Shown here piece by piece: positions 18,492 to 28,258 of a DNA stretch of 64,000 bases. The stretch lies in NCBI GenBank assembly GCA_018812485.1, contig JAHJDO010000042.1:9512-73511 (forward strand). The letters run 5' to 3'. The stretch is from a bacterium (GTDB taxonomy: Bacteria > JAHJDO01). A program made the position numbers and the translations under genes. Positions within the stretch are counted from its first letter, which is position 1. Every line of letters begins with the position of its first letter. Under the pieces are notes generated by a model that was given only the letters and a program-made list of their open reading frames with translations, searched no databases and had not been told where the DNA came from.

Positions 18492-20252
18492 ATGAAGCAA
18501 AAGACAAATTTAATAGAAAGACGGTATATCTGCTTTATGCTCGCTCTTGTAGTTGCTGCTGGAGTCAGCTTTGTTAGATATAGAGCTTTGAATCTAAATG
18601 CTGCCGGCGCCTCATTTACAGCTTTTTTTGTTGATTATGAAGAAAAAACTCGTCATGAACATTGGAGCGAAATGGTTGAAAAAGAACAAGATCCTTTTAT
18701 TGAAAAAATATTCAATAACCAAAAAGAGTACTCTGTTAATTGGGGATTATATAATTTTTTTAATCTTCCAACACATTTCTTCTATAAAACATTTCATCTT
18801 AGAGGCATTAATTTATGGCTTGCAAATAAGTTATTGGCCACATGTATGGGTATAGGCGTAGCTTTGCTTGTTTTTCTAATTGCTGATTTATTCTATGGTC
18901 CTTTGGTCGGATTGATTTCAAGTATATTGATGGCATTTTCTCCGCATATATGGGTTCTTTATAATTTTAGCGCTGACCCAGCTCAACCATATAACTTGTT
19001 CTTCAGTTTGCTGACCATCTATTTTTTTCTGCTGTTTATGGAACGAAATAGGTGGTATTTCATGCTTATCTCAGGCTTTGTTATGGGAATTAATTTCTTA
19101 TTTTTTCATGTTGGTTCTTTCTTAATTCCCATAATAATATTTGTTTTTTGTATATATAACGTTGTTACAAAAAGAAGGATTTGTTACATTGGGCACTTTT
19201 TTATAATCGCATTAATCGCTATCTTTTCTGGAGCTGCCTTAAATTATTTTCACTCCTCTTATTTGAATTTATCCTTTAATCCACTTATTACATATATTAA
19301 AAATTACATTTCCTGGGGACCAACGGCATCTCACACAATACATGGAATTATGTTGTTTGACTGGAGTAAGCTGGTTCTGAACACTAGGCACCATATTCAA
19401 GGTGTGTTTATTAATGGGAAAACCCAGGACTGGCATCATGGCGCTTCTCTCCCATCAATTCCGATGGTCTATAACTACCTAATCTCTCTTTTCTTTGCAA
19501 TTGCTTGCTTTATTCATATTCGCAGCAGGAAACGGAAAGATGTGTTTTTCTTCATTTGGTTTCTGACTTATTTCGCCATTTATAGTTTTATTATTTTTGT
19601 AAGGCAGAAGAACATTTTTGGAGAACTCCCCCCTGTTTTTATTCTGGCAGCAAGTTCAGTGCCTGTAGTGGGTGCGTTTTTGTATAGAAAAAGAGAAAGC
19701 AAGTGGATGCATTTTCTTCTGCGTCAGAAAATAAAAATAACATCAAAAAGTAAGTCAATTTATTTCTTAGCAATTTTATTAACCGTTTCTTCTATGGGAA
19801 TAGGATCTTTTATAATTTTTAGATATCTTCCAAGCAAGAATTTTTATAGTTCTTATAGAGCCCACTATAAGATTTATCAACATTTTTCTAAAAAAGGCTA
19901 TACTGACAAGACAAAAATAATCATTACAAGTGCTGTCGGTTTGCCCGATGCAAATATGATGATGCGTCTTTTTACAGAGAATATTCCTCAAATTATCAAT
20001 TTAACGGATTTTGGAATACATCAGAGTACAGACAATAAAGATAAGAATAAGTGGGTGCAAATGGAATCCACTCTCAAAGAAAATAGCGATAAAATGTTTT
20101 ACTGCTTCGCTTACCTCGATGACCATATGTGGGCTAAGTATTCTGACGAAGCCTGGAGAAATATCTTTATGAAGATTCATCCTGAATCTATTCCTTTTGA
20201 TATAAAAGGTCTTGATGGTAAAATAATTTGGCGAATTTATGAAATAGAATAA
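18492..20252 (+). CDS. Polytopic membrane protein, possibly a GT-C-fold glycosyltransferase of the ArnT/PMT type
   Basis: The 586-aa translation has about 11-13 transmembrane helices. An acidic DYEE motif sits in the first extracytoplasmic loop after TM1, reminiscent of the GT-C DE motif, and the soluble C-terminal domain is about 150 aa. Confidence 0.35.
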   Translation: MKQKTNLIERRYICFMLALVVAAGVSFVRYRALNLNAAGASFTAFFVDYEEKTRHEHWSEMVEKEQDPFIEKIFNNQKEYSVNWGLYNFFNLPTHFFYKTFHLRGINLWLANKLLATCMGIGVALLVFLIADLFYGPLVGLISSILMAFSPHIWVLYNFSADPAQPYNLFFSLLTIYFFLLFMERNRWYFMLISGFVMGINFLFFHVGSFLIPIIIFVFCIYNVVTKRRICYIGHFFIIALIAIFSGAALNYFHSSYLNLSFNPLITYIKNYISWGPTASHTIHGIMLFDWSKLVLNTRHHIQGVFINGKTQDWHHGASLPSIPMVYNYLISLFFAIACFIHIRSRKRKDVFFFIWFLTYFAIYSFIIFVRQKNIFGELPPVFILAASSVPVVGAFLYRKRESKWMHFLLRQKIKITSKSKSIYFLAILLTVSSMGIGSFIIFRYLPSKNFYSSYRAHYKIYQHFSKKGYTDKTKIIITSAVGLPDANMMMRLFTENIPQIINLTDFGIHQSTDNKDKNKWVQMESTLKENSDKMFYCFAYLDDHMWAKYSDEAWRNIFMKIHPESIPFDIKGLDGKIIWRIYEIE

Positions 20253-23200
20253 TGATAGGACTTATGCAAAATCGATTAACACAGTGTGTATGTGGTATTA
20301 ATATTATCCGTTCAAAGTGGCAGGCTATATACTCAAGGCTGGCAAAGAGGCCGTTGCTCAGTTCTTTCATTATAATTCTTGTTTCATCTACAATATTCGG
20401 ACTGTGGTTCAAGATTAAACAGTTATCAGTAGCTTCCAGCAAATTAATATATTGTTATCCTCTGAGCTGGTATGGTATCTCCATCATGCAATTCTTATTG
20501 ATTTTTTGTGTTTTGTGGCTGGGGCTGAGTTTAATTAGTTTAATTATTGATCAAAAAAGAGAGGGAATAGCAAATAATCTATTGGTTTGTTCATTACCTT
20601 TCACTGCGTTCTGGCTATCGGCCTGTAATGTTAAACTTCTGTATCCTGTATGTTTGTTTTGGATATTTTCAACAGTTATTATATTTTTAAAGATTCGCCG
20701 GAATAAAAAGTTCTACGATAAGATAAAAGAGCCGCTTATTGTTTTAATAATTTTAGCAAGTGTATTTCTAGTAACATTCAAAAGTCTTTCACCTCTTTAT
20801 CATACAAGTTTTTTTGATGCATGGGGCAGGATTGATTTTTTTCTAAATTTCGAGCATCAATGGGAGAATGCAAAGGCATATGATTTCATAGGTAATTTTA
20901 CACAGCAGGGCAAGCTTGGCGGCTATTCACAGGGTATCTACATGATCAGCGAATTATCCTCATTAATTGTTTTATTGTTTGATATTCCTTTAGTAGATAC
21001 GCTGGGTAAATATGCTTCAATCAAGTTTATGTTTTTTTGGTTATATGTATTTGGTTCCTATGGATGTTATCTCTTGCTTCGTTACGGACTAAGATTATCC
21101 TTTTCACCTTCATTTATAGGCGGACTGGGATTTATTCTTGGTAATGCAGCATTTTTGTCTTTTAACAGCACAGAGTATTCTATTCATCAGGTTCCATTTC
21201 TCTTTCTTCCATGGGTTTTATTTTTACTTAATCGTGCTTACTCGCTAAATAAGTCTGCTATAGGTATATTGAGTGGTATAGGGCTGGCAGGGCTGGTGGC
21301 AAGTCTTTCTGAATACACACTGAGCTCTCATCCTGAGATAAATTTTCTCTATTTCTCTTTCTGCAATTCATATAATATTTACTTAGCGTTTCTTCTATTT
21401 AAGAGAAATCCTTTCAAGCTAAAGTCAATCCCCCAATTTTTTATAAATATAGCAATTTTCCCAATCATTCATATGGTAAGTTTGTCCTATAAATTGATAC
21501 CTCTGTTTAACTCATTGATAGGAAGAGAATATGCTTTGTATGATTCTAACCCTTACGCAGGGCTGCCTTGGGACTCATCATTAGTACATTGGTCAACCTT
21601 CTTTTTCAGAATCAGGGAGAATGTAATAACAACCCGGCTTGTTAGTCCGATTGCTAATCCGCCAATATTCTTTTTTACAAGCCAGTTTGTGATGTTAATG
21701 ATTTATAGCGCAGTTATTATTTTTTGTTTACATATTTTAAGTAAATTATTCAAGAACAGAGCAGGTTGCAGTCAGAATGCATCAATAGGGAATTCTTTCT
21801 TTTTTCTGGCGACACTGCTTTTTTTAGGTATAAACATGGCTATTGGAACACATTCATGGTTATCAGAATTAATGAGATTTACAGGTCGTCTTAGAGTTCA
21901 TGATTTTATCAGAATGAATATATTTTATTTCTTTTTTGCTTTAGTGGGAGCTATGATTGGGCTTGATTATATGCTTAAATTAAAAAGGCTAAAGATTGTT
22001 AACATAGTTTTCATTGTATATATATTGAATCTGATATTTGTGTACTTCTTACCATCATCTCCGAAGCACCCTGAGAAAATATATTTGGATATATGCATTT
22101 TAACTGGGATATATTTACTGATTTATTCATCAATAAGGTTTAAAGATATTAACCTGCAATGTTTGATTAAATTAATGCTTATTTCTGTTGCGCTCTTATC
22201 ATTTTTTACCATTGATGCTCGTGTTACTAAATTAGTAATAGAAAAAAATAATAAACAACTAAAATCAAAGGATAATATATATACCTCCTTTCGCACTGCT
22301 GTTACGTATTTAAAAAACAATCAGCATGACAAAGCGAGTTTCAAATATTTAGAGCGAAAGCTAAATAAATTTAACCAAAAAGTTGAAGCAACAAAAAAAG
22401 ACAAGACGGAATTGTATCTTAAAAAAATCATTTCGAAAGAAACTTATAAAGAAACTATGGATTATTATAAAAAGATCAAAAATATTCTTGATAAAAATTA
22501 TACTAATCAGCTCCAACTTTTTGAAGCAATTGCCCCTGAGATAGATAATTTCTATATGAATTATGGTCCGATACAGATAGTAATTGGGGCATCTCCCGCA
22601 GCTTGGGCGCCTTTAATAGTTGACACCTATAATGCAGTTCAGTTTTATCTCCCTGACAAATACAATCTTATAGTCAACACTTCGGGAAGTACTCAGTCTA
22701 CATTATTGCCGGTCGGCAAAAATTCTGAATTGTCAGCAGGGCTTTTCTACGGTCTTGGTCCGGCTTTTCCCTCAATAGATGTTAGCTTCCATTTAAAGAG
22801 CCTTTACCCTGATCTTTTAGCTAACAGGCATCCAGGAGAAACAGCCTATCATTGCTGGCCAATAGAATTAAAACACCTTATTTCAAAGAATTTTTCCGAT
22901 ACTCTGGGCAGACCAAAAATGAAGGATGTGAAAAAATTAACGCCGATGGCGTTAAAAAATATGCCGGATATTAAAAAACTTTTAAACATTTATGGCGTGG
23001 ATTACGTTATGTACCTTAAATATTATCTTAGGATGAGTGAGAAGGAGCATATAGGGCCCGGAGCTCTTTTCGATGTAGATAATCTTAAGAAGATGGGCTT
23101 TATACCTTTGAGATTGCCAGAATCTTACAGATTTACACCCAGATTTAATGAGCATTATGAGATGGGAGTTTTAGAGAACACTCAATCCTATGGCAAGGCA

Positions 23201-23740
23201 TATATTGCCAGGTGGGTAAAAGTGATCAAGCCGAGTGAAAATTTAGTAAATCTAAAAAAATACAGTTATTTTAATAAGTGGCCTCTTTCAGAAGATTTGA
23301 TATATAATTTTTCACATCATATGTCCAGCATACCGGATAATATGTGGAGGTCAGTTTTAATAGAGTCATCAGAATCTGAGGATTATTCAGATGTGCCATA
23401 TATTAACGCTACAGATAATAAGGTAAAGATAGTAAAAATTATTGGTTCAAAGGCGGTATTTGAGGTAGAATGCGGAAAAGATAATAGTTGGTTTGTTTAT
23501 AATACAGCTGCTTTAAAGGGGTGGAGAGCTTTTTTAGGCGCAAAAGAGATTCAGATACATAAAGCAAATCTAGGATTTATAGGAGTAAAGTTAAATAAAG
23601 GCAAGCATTTTTTGTGGATGGAGTACAAGCCGCTTTCAAGCAATATAGGTTTTGTCGTAACTTTTCTTGGTTGGATTCTTGTGTTTTTGTGTTTGATTTT
23701 TAAGTTGCCTTATGTGTTCATACAGACTAAAACGGAATAA
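20252..23740 (+). CDS. Very large polytopic membrane protein with YfhO-like architecture
   Basis: The 1162-aa translation has an N-terminal block of at least 14 transmembrane helices, a long coiled-coil/K-rich linker, a large extracytoplasmic domain and a final C-terminal helix (IGFVVTFLGWILVFLCLIF). This layout is typical of YfhO-family glycosyl-transfer membrane proteins. Confidence 0.35.
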   Translation: MIGLMQNRLTQCVCGINIIRSKWQAIYSRLAKRPLLSSFIIILVSSTIFGLWFKIKQLSVASSKLIYCYPLSWYGISIMQFLLIFCVLWLGLSLISLIIDQKREGIANNLLVCSLPFTAFWLSACNVKLLYPVCLFWIFSTVIIFLKIRRNKKFYDKIKEPLIVLIILASVFLVTFKSLSPLYHTSFFDAWGRIDFFLNFEHQWENAKAYDFIGNFTQQGKLGGYSQGIYMISELSSLIVLLFDIPLVDTLGKYASIKFMFFWLYVFGSYGCYLLLRYGLRLSFSPSFIGGLGFILGNAAFLSFNSTEYSIHQVPFLFLPWVLFLLNRAYSLNKSAIGILSGIGLAGLVASLSEYTLSSHPEINFLYFSFCNSYNIYLAFLLFKRNPFKLKSIPQFFINIAIFPIIHMVSLSYKLIPLFNSLIGREYALYDSNPYAGLPWDSSLVHWSTFFFRIRENVITTRLVSPIANPPIFFFTSQFVMLMIYSAVIIFCLHILSKLFKNRAGCSQNASIGNSFFFLATLLFLGINMAIGTHSWLSELMRFTGRLRVHDFIRMNIFYFFFALVGAMIGLDYMLKLKRLKIVNIVFIVYILNLIFVYFLPSSPKHPEKIYLDICILTGIYLLIYSSIRFKDINLQCLIKLMLISVALLSFFTIDARVTKLVIEKNNKQLKSKDNIYTSFRTAVTYLKNNQHDKASFKYLERKLNKFNQKVEATKKDKTELYLKKIISKETYKETMDYYKKIKNILDKNYTNQLQLFEAIAPEIDNFYMNYGPIQIVIGASPAAWAPLIVDTYNAVQFYLPDKYNLIVNTSGSTQSTLLPVGKNSELSAGLFYGLGPAFPSIDVSFHLKSLYPDLLANRHPGETAYHCWPIELKHLISKNFSDTLGRPKMKDVKKLTPMALKNMPDIKKLLNIYGVDYVMYLKYYLRMSEKEHIGPGALFDVDNLKKMGFIPLRLPESYRFTPRFNEHYEMGVLENTQSYGKAYIARWVKVIKPSENLVNLKKYSYFNKWPLSEDLIYNFSHHMSSIPDNMWRSVLIESSESEDYSDVPYINATDNKVKIVKIIGSKAVFEVECGKDNSWFVYNTAALKGWRAFLGAKEIQIHKANLGFIGVKLNKGKHFLWMEYKPLSSNIGFVVTFLGWILVFLCLIFKLPYVFIQTKTE

Positions 23741-23750
23741 TACGAGGAAA

Positions 23751-24902
23751 ATGAATTTCAGACTGGCTGCACTTCTGGATAAATTCGTGGGGAGGGTATT
23801 AGTTCAGTTAATCACTCTTTTACCCCCTTTTCCAAAACAAATTCCCCAAAATGCGAATTTTGAAAATATTCTAATAATAAAATTCTGGGGGTTTGGTTCC
23901 ATTTTGGAGGCAACACCTTTTTTCCACTCTTTAAAGCAGTCATATTCTGACGTAGCGCTGGATATCCTCACATTCTCAGATAATAAGCAGATAGTTGAGA
24001 GTCTTGGATTATTTCGAAATGTACATGTAATGGATTCACGAAAGGGAATTTTAAATTTTTTCAAACAAACAATTCGATTCATCCTGTCCTACAGACAAAA
24101 ATATTCACTGGTAATAGATATGGACTTCTTCGCGTATTTTTCAGCCTTAATAACTAAAATATCGGGTAGTATATACTCTTTGGGATTTAAGAGTTTTTTC
24201 CCCAGAAGAAACCGTTGCTATTCCTGCACGGTTGTCTTTGACCATTCCAGTCATATTCGGATGATCTTTCTTAAATTTTTGGATGCTCTTCACATAAAAA
24301 ACCCCGAAGATATTAGTTTGCTAGCGCCTAATGTTCCTGAAGAGAAGAAACTTTCGGTTATGGAAAAATTTCCGGAACTAAAGGATAATCGCCCAAAAAT
24401 TGCGGTAAATATTAATGCAGGTAATCTTTTCATGGGAAGACGATGGCCTGAGGAAAACTTTCGAAAGCTGATTGGTTTAATCCAGCAGGATTGTAATAAT
24501 CTGCAGATATATCTTGTCGGCGGAAAAGAGGACTTGCCTGTAGTAATATCTTTTTATGAATCGCTCCCGGACAAAAGAGGGGTTCATGTTACAGCCGGCA
24601 AGCTCGATATCATGGAATTTTCATACGTCCTATCTAAGATGGACTGTCTAATTACAAGCGATAGCGGACCGTTGCATATCGCTGAGGCAATAGGAATTCC
24701 TATAGTTGGTTTCTTTGGTCCGGAAACACCAAATCTTTACGGTCCGATGTCAGATAGAAGTTTAGTTTTCTATAAGAATCTATTTTGCAGTCCCTGCCTT
24801 AACACATACAACCACAAGATGAGTGATTGTACAAACAATCAGTGTCTTAAACTTATTTCGGCAGAAGATGTCTATGAGAAAATAAAAGACAGATATTTTT
24901 AG
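23751..24902 (+). CDS. Family 9 glycosyltransferase (heptosyltransferase-like)
   Basis: The N-terminus ILIIKFWGFGSILEATPFFHSLKQSY and the C-terminus ITSDSGPLHIAEAIGIPIVGFFGPETP are classic GT9 (WaaC/WaaF-type) motifs. I place the start at the ATG at 23751, which has a GAGGAAA ribosome-binding site, rather than at the track's overlapping 23712. Confidence 0.75.
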   Translation: MNFRLAALLDKFVGRVLVQLITLLPPFPKQIPQNANFENILIIKFWGFGSILEATPFFHSLKQSYSDVALDILTFSDNKQIVESLGLFRNVHVMDSRKGILNFFKQTIRFILSYRQKYSLVIDMDFFAYFSALITKISGSIYSLGFKSFFPRRNRCYSCTVVFDHSSHIRMIFLKFLDALHIKNPEDISLLAPNVPEEKKLSVMEKFPELKDNRPKIAVNINAGNLFMGRRWPEENFRKLIGLIQQDCNNLQIYLVGGKEDLPVVISFYESLPDKRGVHVTAGKLDIMEFSYVLSKMDCLITSDSGPLHIAEAIGIPIVGFFGPETPNLYGPMSDRSLVFYKNLFCSPCLNTYNHKMSDCTNNQCLKLISAEDVYEKIKDRYF

Positions 24903-24945
24903 AATAAGTTTTACCTGATTTCATGAAAGCATGTAAGGAAATTCA

Positions 24946-26988
24946 ATGAAGACAAACCTAATGCTATCAGTAGTTGTACCAGTTTATAATGACCAGAAAT
25001 ACCTAGAAGGGTGTTTAAGGTCTATATTTGGCTCAGATTACCCTGATTTTGAGGTAATAGTGGTAAATGATGCTAGTACTGATGATTCTTTAGAGATAGC
25101 GAGAAAATTCCCCTGTCAAATTGTAGATCTAAAAACAAATGCTGGTGTAGCCAATGCTAGAAATAAAGGGGCTAATAATGCCAAAGGCGATATACTGGTC
25201 TTTTTTGATTCAGATGTGGAAGTTGAGCGGGATACCTTGTCAAGATTTGCCAAAGCCCACCAAAGGACAGATATTAAAGTATGCCAATGCCAAATATCTC
25301 CTTGCTCTTTGACTCCAGGATATATTCCAGAACTGATGGCAGTAATCTGGAATTATGTAGCTTGCTTAATGGCGCCATATAGTACAGCTGTTCGTTCAAT
25401 GTCCTTTTCAATTGATAAATCAGTATTTTTTGAGATTGGAGGATTTAATACCGTTTTTAAGTCAGCTGGCGGGGAAGAATATGAGATTGGAAGAGTCATC
25501 CAACAGCACGATTACAGGATATTTCTAGACTCCTCATTTCGTATACACCATAATTTTGAGAATTTTTTATCAAGATTTAAGAAGTTATTTAGAAGAAGTT
25601 ACGTCTATGGAAGGTTTGTCCTTCAAAGAAACTTCAAACTCGATAGAGGCCATGGGACTTTAAAAGAGGGCATTAATTCCCTGCTTTCGGTAATTGGAAT
25701 CTTAGAACTTCTTATTTCGTCGTTTATAGGTTGGACTTTCCTTTTGTTTTTAGCTACCATTATAATCCAACTTCTTTCTGACCTTGATCAGGGTATTTAC
25801 GTCACTAGAAAGAAAGGATTATTCTTTTTCATTCGTTCAATCCCCATAACTTATCTTTGGTATTTTGCAATGGGTCTAGGGGTTATTAAAGCAGGATTAA
25901 TGCATTATTTTACAAAGGTGTGTTCGACCTTAAGGAAGATAACTTTTTTGTTATCAAAAACTCCGGCATATGTCATATTCTTCGTAACTGCTAAATGTAA
26001 CGCTGGCTGTAAACATTGTTTTAATTGGAAGAAGGTACAAGAACAGGGTGTATCAGACGATCTTAGTTTAGAAGAGATTGAAAAGATGTCTAAATCTTGG
26101 GGTAACATAAAATACATGACCTATAGTGGTGGAGAACCCAGTTTAAGAGAAGACATTGTGGAGATAACTCAAAGCTTCTTTAAGAATAACCACTTAGAAA
26201 TGCTAAATTTTATTACCAATGGCTTTGCAGTTACCTCAGTTGTTAGCAAGATAAAAAAAATACTGAGAACTTGTCCTGGTTTAGACCTTACAGTGAGTTT
26301 TTCTATCGATGGTCTTGGGGATCAACATGATTCAATAAGAAACGCACCGGGAATCTTTGGGAGAGTGTTAGAGTCTATAGATAAAATAAGAAACCTAGAA
26401 AAGTATTACCCTAACCTGAAAATACTTGCTATAACCACTTATTCTAGCTTTAACAGAGATAATATATTTGATATTGTTGATTATATAACTAAAGGATTAA
26501 AATTAGAAATGATCCTGAATTATGTTCGCGGGGATACATTGGAAAAAAGCGCAGACCAAGTTGATTTGGATACCTATATGAAAGCGACCGAGACAATCGC
26601 AAAGCAAAACGCAATCAATTCCAGAAGATCCAGCATAGTTAGGGCACTGGATAATGTCTGCTTTAAGTTAATCGCCAAAACAAAAGAAGAAAAGAAGAGC
26701 TTAATACCTTGTTTGGTAGGAAAAAAGCTTATAGAAATAGGTAATGACGGTAGAATTTTCCCCTGTGAGATGTTGGATGTTGACTTTGGTAATGTATGCG
26801 ATTTCAATTACGATATAAATAAAGTTTTAAAAACAAAAAAAGCTTATGATTTTTTTAAGTTTCTAAATAAAAGGGATTGCTTTTGTACCTGGGAATGTGC
26901 AATGAAAAATAATATCGTTTACTCTATACCGAAATACCCTAGTCTGTTTTTAGAATGGTTTAGACAAGGTTTAAGCTTAAAGAATTAA
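24946..26988 (+). CDS. Tri-partite fusion: N-terminal GT2 glycosyltransferase, central transmembrane helices, C-terminal radical SAM/SPASM domain
   Basis: The N-terminus is LSVVVPVYNDQKYLEGCLRSI...VVNDASTDDS...FFDSDV (GT-A). Hydrophobic segments follow (LLSVIGILELLISSFIGWTFLLFLATIII). Then comes FVTAKCNAGCKHCFNW (Cx3Cx2C) with SGGEPSL and a C-terminal SPASM-like CLVGKK...FPCEM...CDF...CFCTWECAM. Confidence 0.7.
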   Translation: MKTNLMLSVVVPVYNDQKYLEGCLRSIFGSDYPDFEVIVVNDASTDDSLEIARKFPCQIVDLKTNAGVANARNKGANNAKGDILVFFDSDVEVERDTLSRFAKAHQRTDIKVCQCQISPCSLTPGYIPELMAVIWNYVACLMAPYSTAVRSMSFSIDKSVFFEIGGFNTVFKSAGGEEYEIGRVIQQHDYRIFLDSSFRIHHNFENFLSRFKKLFRRSYVYGRFVLQRNFKLDRGHGTLKEGINSLLSVIGILELLISSFIGWTFLLFLATIIIQLLSDLDQGIYVTRKKGLFFFIRSIPITYLWYFAMGLGVIKAGLMHYFTKVCSTLRKITFLLSKTPAYVIFFVTAKCNAGCKHCFNWKKVQEQGVSDDLSLEEIEKMSKSWGNIKYMTYSGGEPSLREDIVEITQSFFKNNHLEMLNFITNGFAVTSVVSKIKKILRTCPGLDLTVSFSIDGLGDQHDSIRNAPGIFGRVLESIDKIRNLEKYYPNLKILAITTYSSFNRDNIFDIVDYITKGLKLEMILNYVRGDTLEKSADQVDLDTYMKATETIAKQNAINSRRSSIVRALDNVCFKLIAKTKEEKKSLIPCLVGKKLIEIGNDGRIFPCEMLDVDFGNVCDFNYDINKVLKTKKAYDFFKFLNKRDCFCTWECAMKNNIVYSIPKYPSLFLEWFRQGLSLKN

Positions 26989-27124
26989 CTATTTGAACTA
27001 ATCGCCAGACTTTTTTATTTCTTTGATTCGCAAACGTTCTATAGTGGTTGTTCCCCAGGATTTTCCTACATGAATTTTTAAGACAATGCTTCCTTCGGTT
27101 TCTTTATTTTTACAACACTAGACG

Positions 27125-27151
27125 TTGACAGCCTCATCTGTTTGATATAAA
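27125..27151 (+). promoter_or_regulatory. Candidate internal sigma70-like promoter, TTGACA then 15-16 nt then TATAAA(AT)
   Basis: A perfect -35 TTGACA lies at 27125-27130 and TATAAAAT at 27146-27153. This is in the only intergenic gap larger than 150 bp inside the locus, about 60 nt upstream of the start I prefer at 27213. Confidence 0.25.
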
Positions 27152-27212
27152 ATCTAAATTGAGGGTAAAGTGGTGGGGTTTACCTGATTTCGTAAAAAAT
27201 AAGGGATTAATC

Positions 27213-28256
27213 ATGTTAAGGTTTGGAGTTGTGGGATTTGGTAAAATGGGGATGCTGCATACCAGTATTTTGAATTCACTTAAGAACGTTGAACTTGCTG
27301 CGATTGTAGATAACTCTAAACTTATCCTGAGTTCTATCCAGACTTTAATGCCTCATGTTAAAACATATAAAGACCACAAAAACATGTTAATGAATGAAAA
27401 TCTGGATTTTGTCGTAATATCTACGCCGGTTCACACACATACAAAGATAGCAATAGATTGTATAGAGAATGGATGCCACGTATTTCTTGAAAAACCAGCG
27501 GCGCAGAATTTAGAAGATTTTTACACCTTAAGGGAAGCAAGTTTGAGAAATAGTGATTTGATGATAATTACAGGCTACTGTTACAGGTACAGAAGCACTT
27601 TTAAGAAGGTAAAGGAAATACTTGATAGCGGTCTGCTCGGTAAAATTATTCTTTTTAACGGTGTAATGTACTCTTCAGACATTCGTAAGCCTGAGAGAGG
27701 ATGGCGTTTCAAGAAAAGCGAATCAGGCGGGGGAGTCATCATAGATTCCACTTCTCATGTTATTGATATGTTAGCCTGGTATCTGGGAAAACCTCATGAA
27801 ATTATGGCAAGAACATCTAATTGGTATTCAAAAGAGGTAGAGGACTATGTGCACGCGGTATATAGCTTCAATGATGGGCTGACGGGATGGATTGAATCTT
27901 CATGGGCAGTGCCAAACTACCGCGTTCCCAGCATGAAAATACATCTGATAGGAACAAAAGGTGAGGTGATAGTAACAACAGACGAAGTTAGATTGTTTTT
28001 AAATGAAGGCGGTGGGGCATACAAAAAAGGATGGACAGTTCAGTACGCTGTAGACCTGAGGCCCCCCGTAAATTTTGAAATATTCGAAGAGTTTTACACT
28101 CTGCAGTTAGAAGAATTCATCGCATGTATAACTCACAAGTCAGATCATTTAAACAGTCTGCCTCATACGGGTGTTACACAGCAAATAATTGAAACAATCT
28201 ATAAGTCTTCAGCCGTGAATGGTCAGGGAATAACGATGGATTTGGAGGAATTATAA
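27213..28256 (+). CDS. Gfo/Idh/MocA-family NAD(P)-dependent oxidoreductase (a likely sugar or NDP-sugar dehydrogenase)
   Basis: MLRFGVVGFGKMGMLH is the Rossmann N-terminus typical of the family, and there is an EKP motif (VFLEKPAA). The ORF track begins at a TTG at 27159, but the ATG at 27213 has an AAGGGA ribosome-binding site and gives the canonical N-terminus. Confidence 0.75.
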   Translation: MLRFGVVGFGKMGMLHTSILNSLKNVELAAIVDNSKLILSSIQTLMPHVKTYKDHKNMLMNENLDFVVISTPVHTHTKIAIDCIENGCHVFLEKPAAQNLEDFYTLREASLRNSDLMIITGYCYRYRSTFKKVKEILDSGLLGKIILFNGVMYSSDIRKPERGWRFKKSESGGGVIIDSTSHVIDMLAWYLGKPHEIMARTSNWYSKEVEDYVHAVYSFNDGLTGWIESSWAVPNYRVPSMKIHLIGTKGEVIVTTDEVRLFLNEGGGAYKKGWTVQYAVDLRPPVNFEIFEEFYTLQLEEFIACITHKSDHLNSLPHTGVTQQIIETIYKSSAVNGQGITMDLEEL

Positions 28257-28258
28257 GT

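Noticed and set aside
20188-20442. An 84-aa minus-strand ORF spanning the junction between the 18492 and 20252 genes
   Set aside because: It overlaps the ends of two convincing + strand membrane-protein genes, and I see no motif or ribosome-binding site.
26989-27212. A search for a RiPP precursor, small RNA or tRNA in the largest internal gap
   Set aside because: Only an 11-codon ORF (MLPSVSLFLQH) is present. There is no tRNA-like GTTC/TPsiC arm or cloverleaf and no Gly/Cys-rich core peptide. A promoter-like sequence is the better explanation.
27159-27212. The ORF-track start (TTG at 27159) for the Gfo/Idh/MocA gene, and similar overlapping track starts at 3709, 12790, 23712, 34423 and 36978
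   Set aside because: These are the longest-ORF artefacts of the track. In each case a downstream ATG has a clear Shine-Dalgarno sequence, avoids overlap with the upstream gene and yields the canonical N-terminus. I used those starts.
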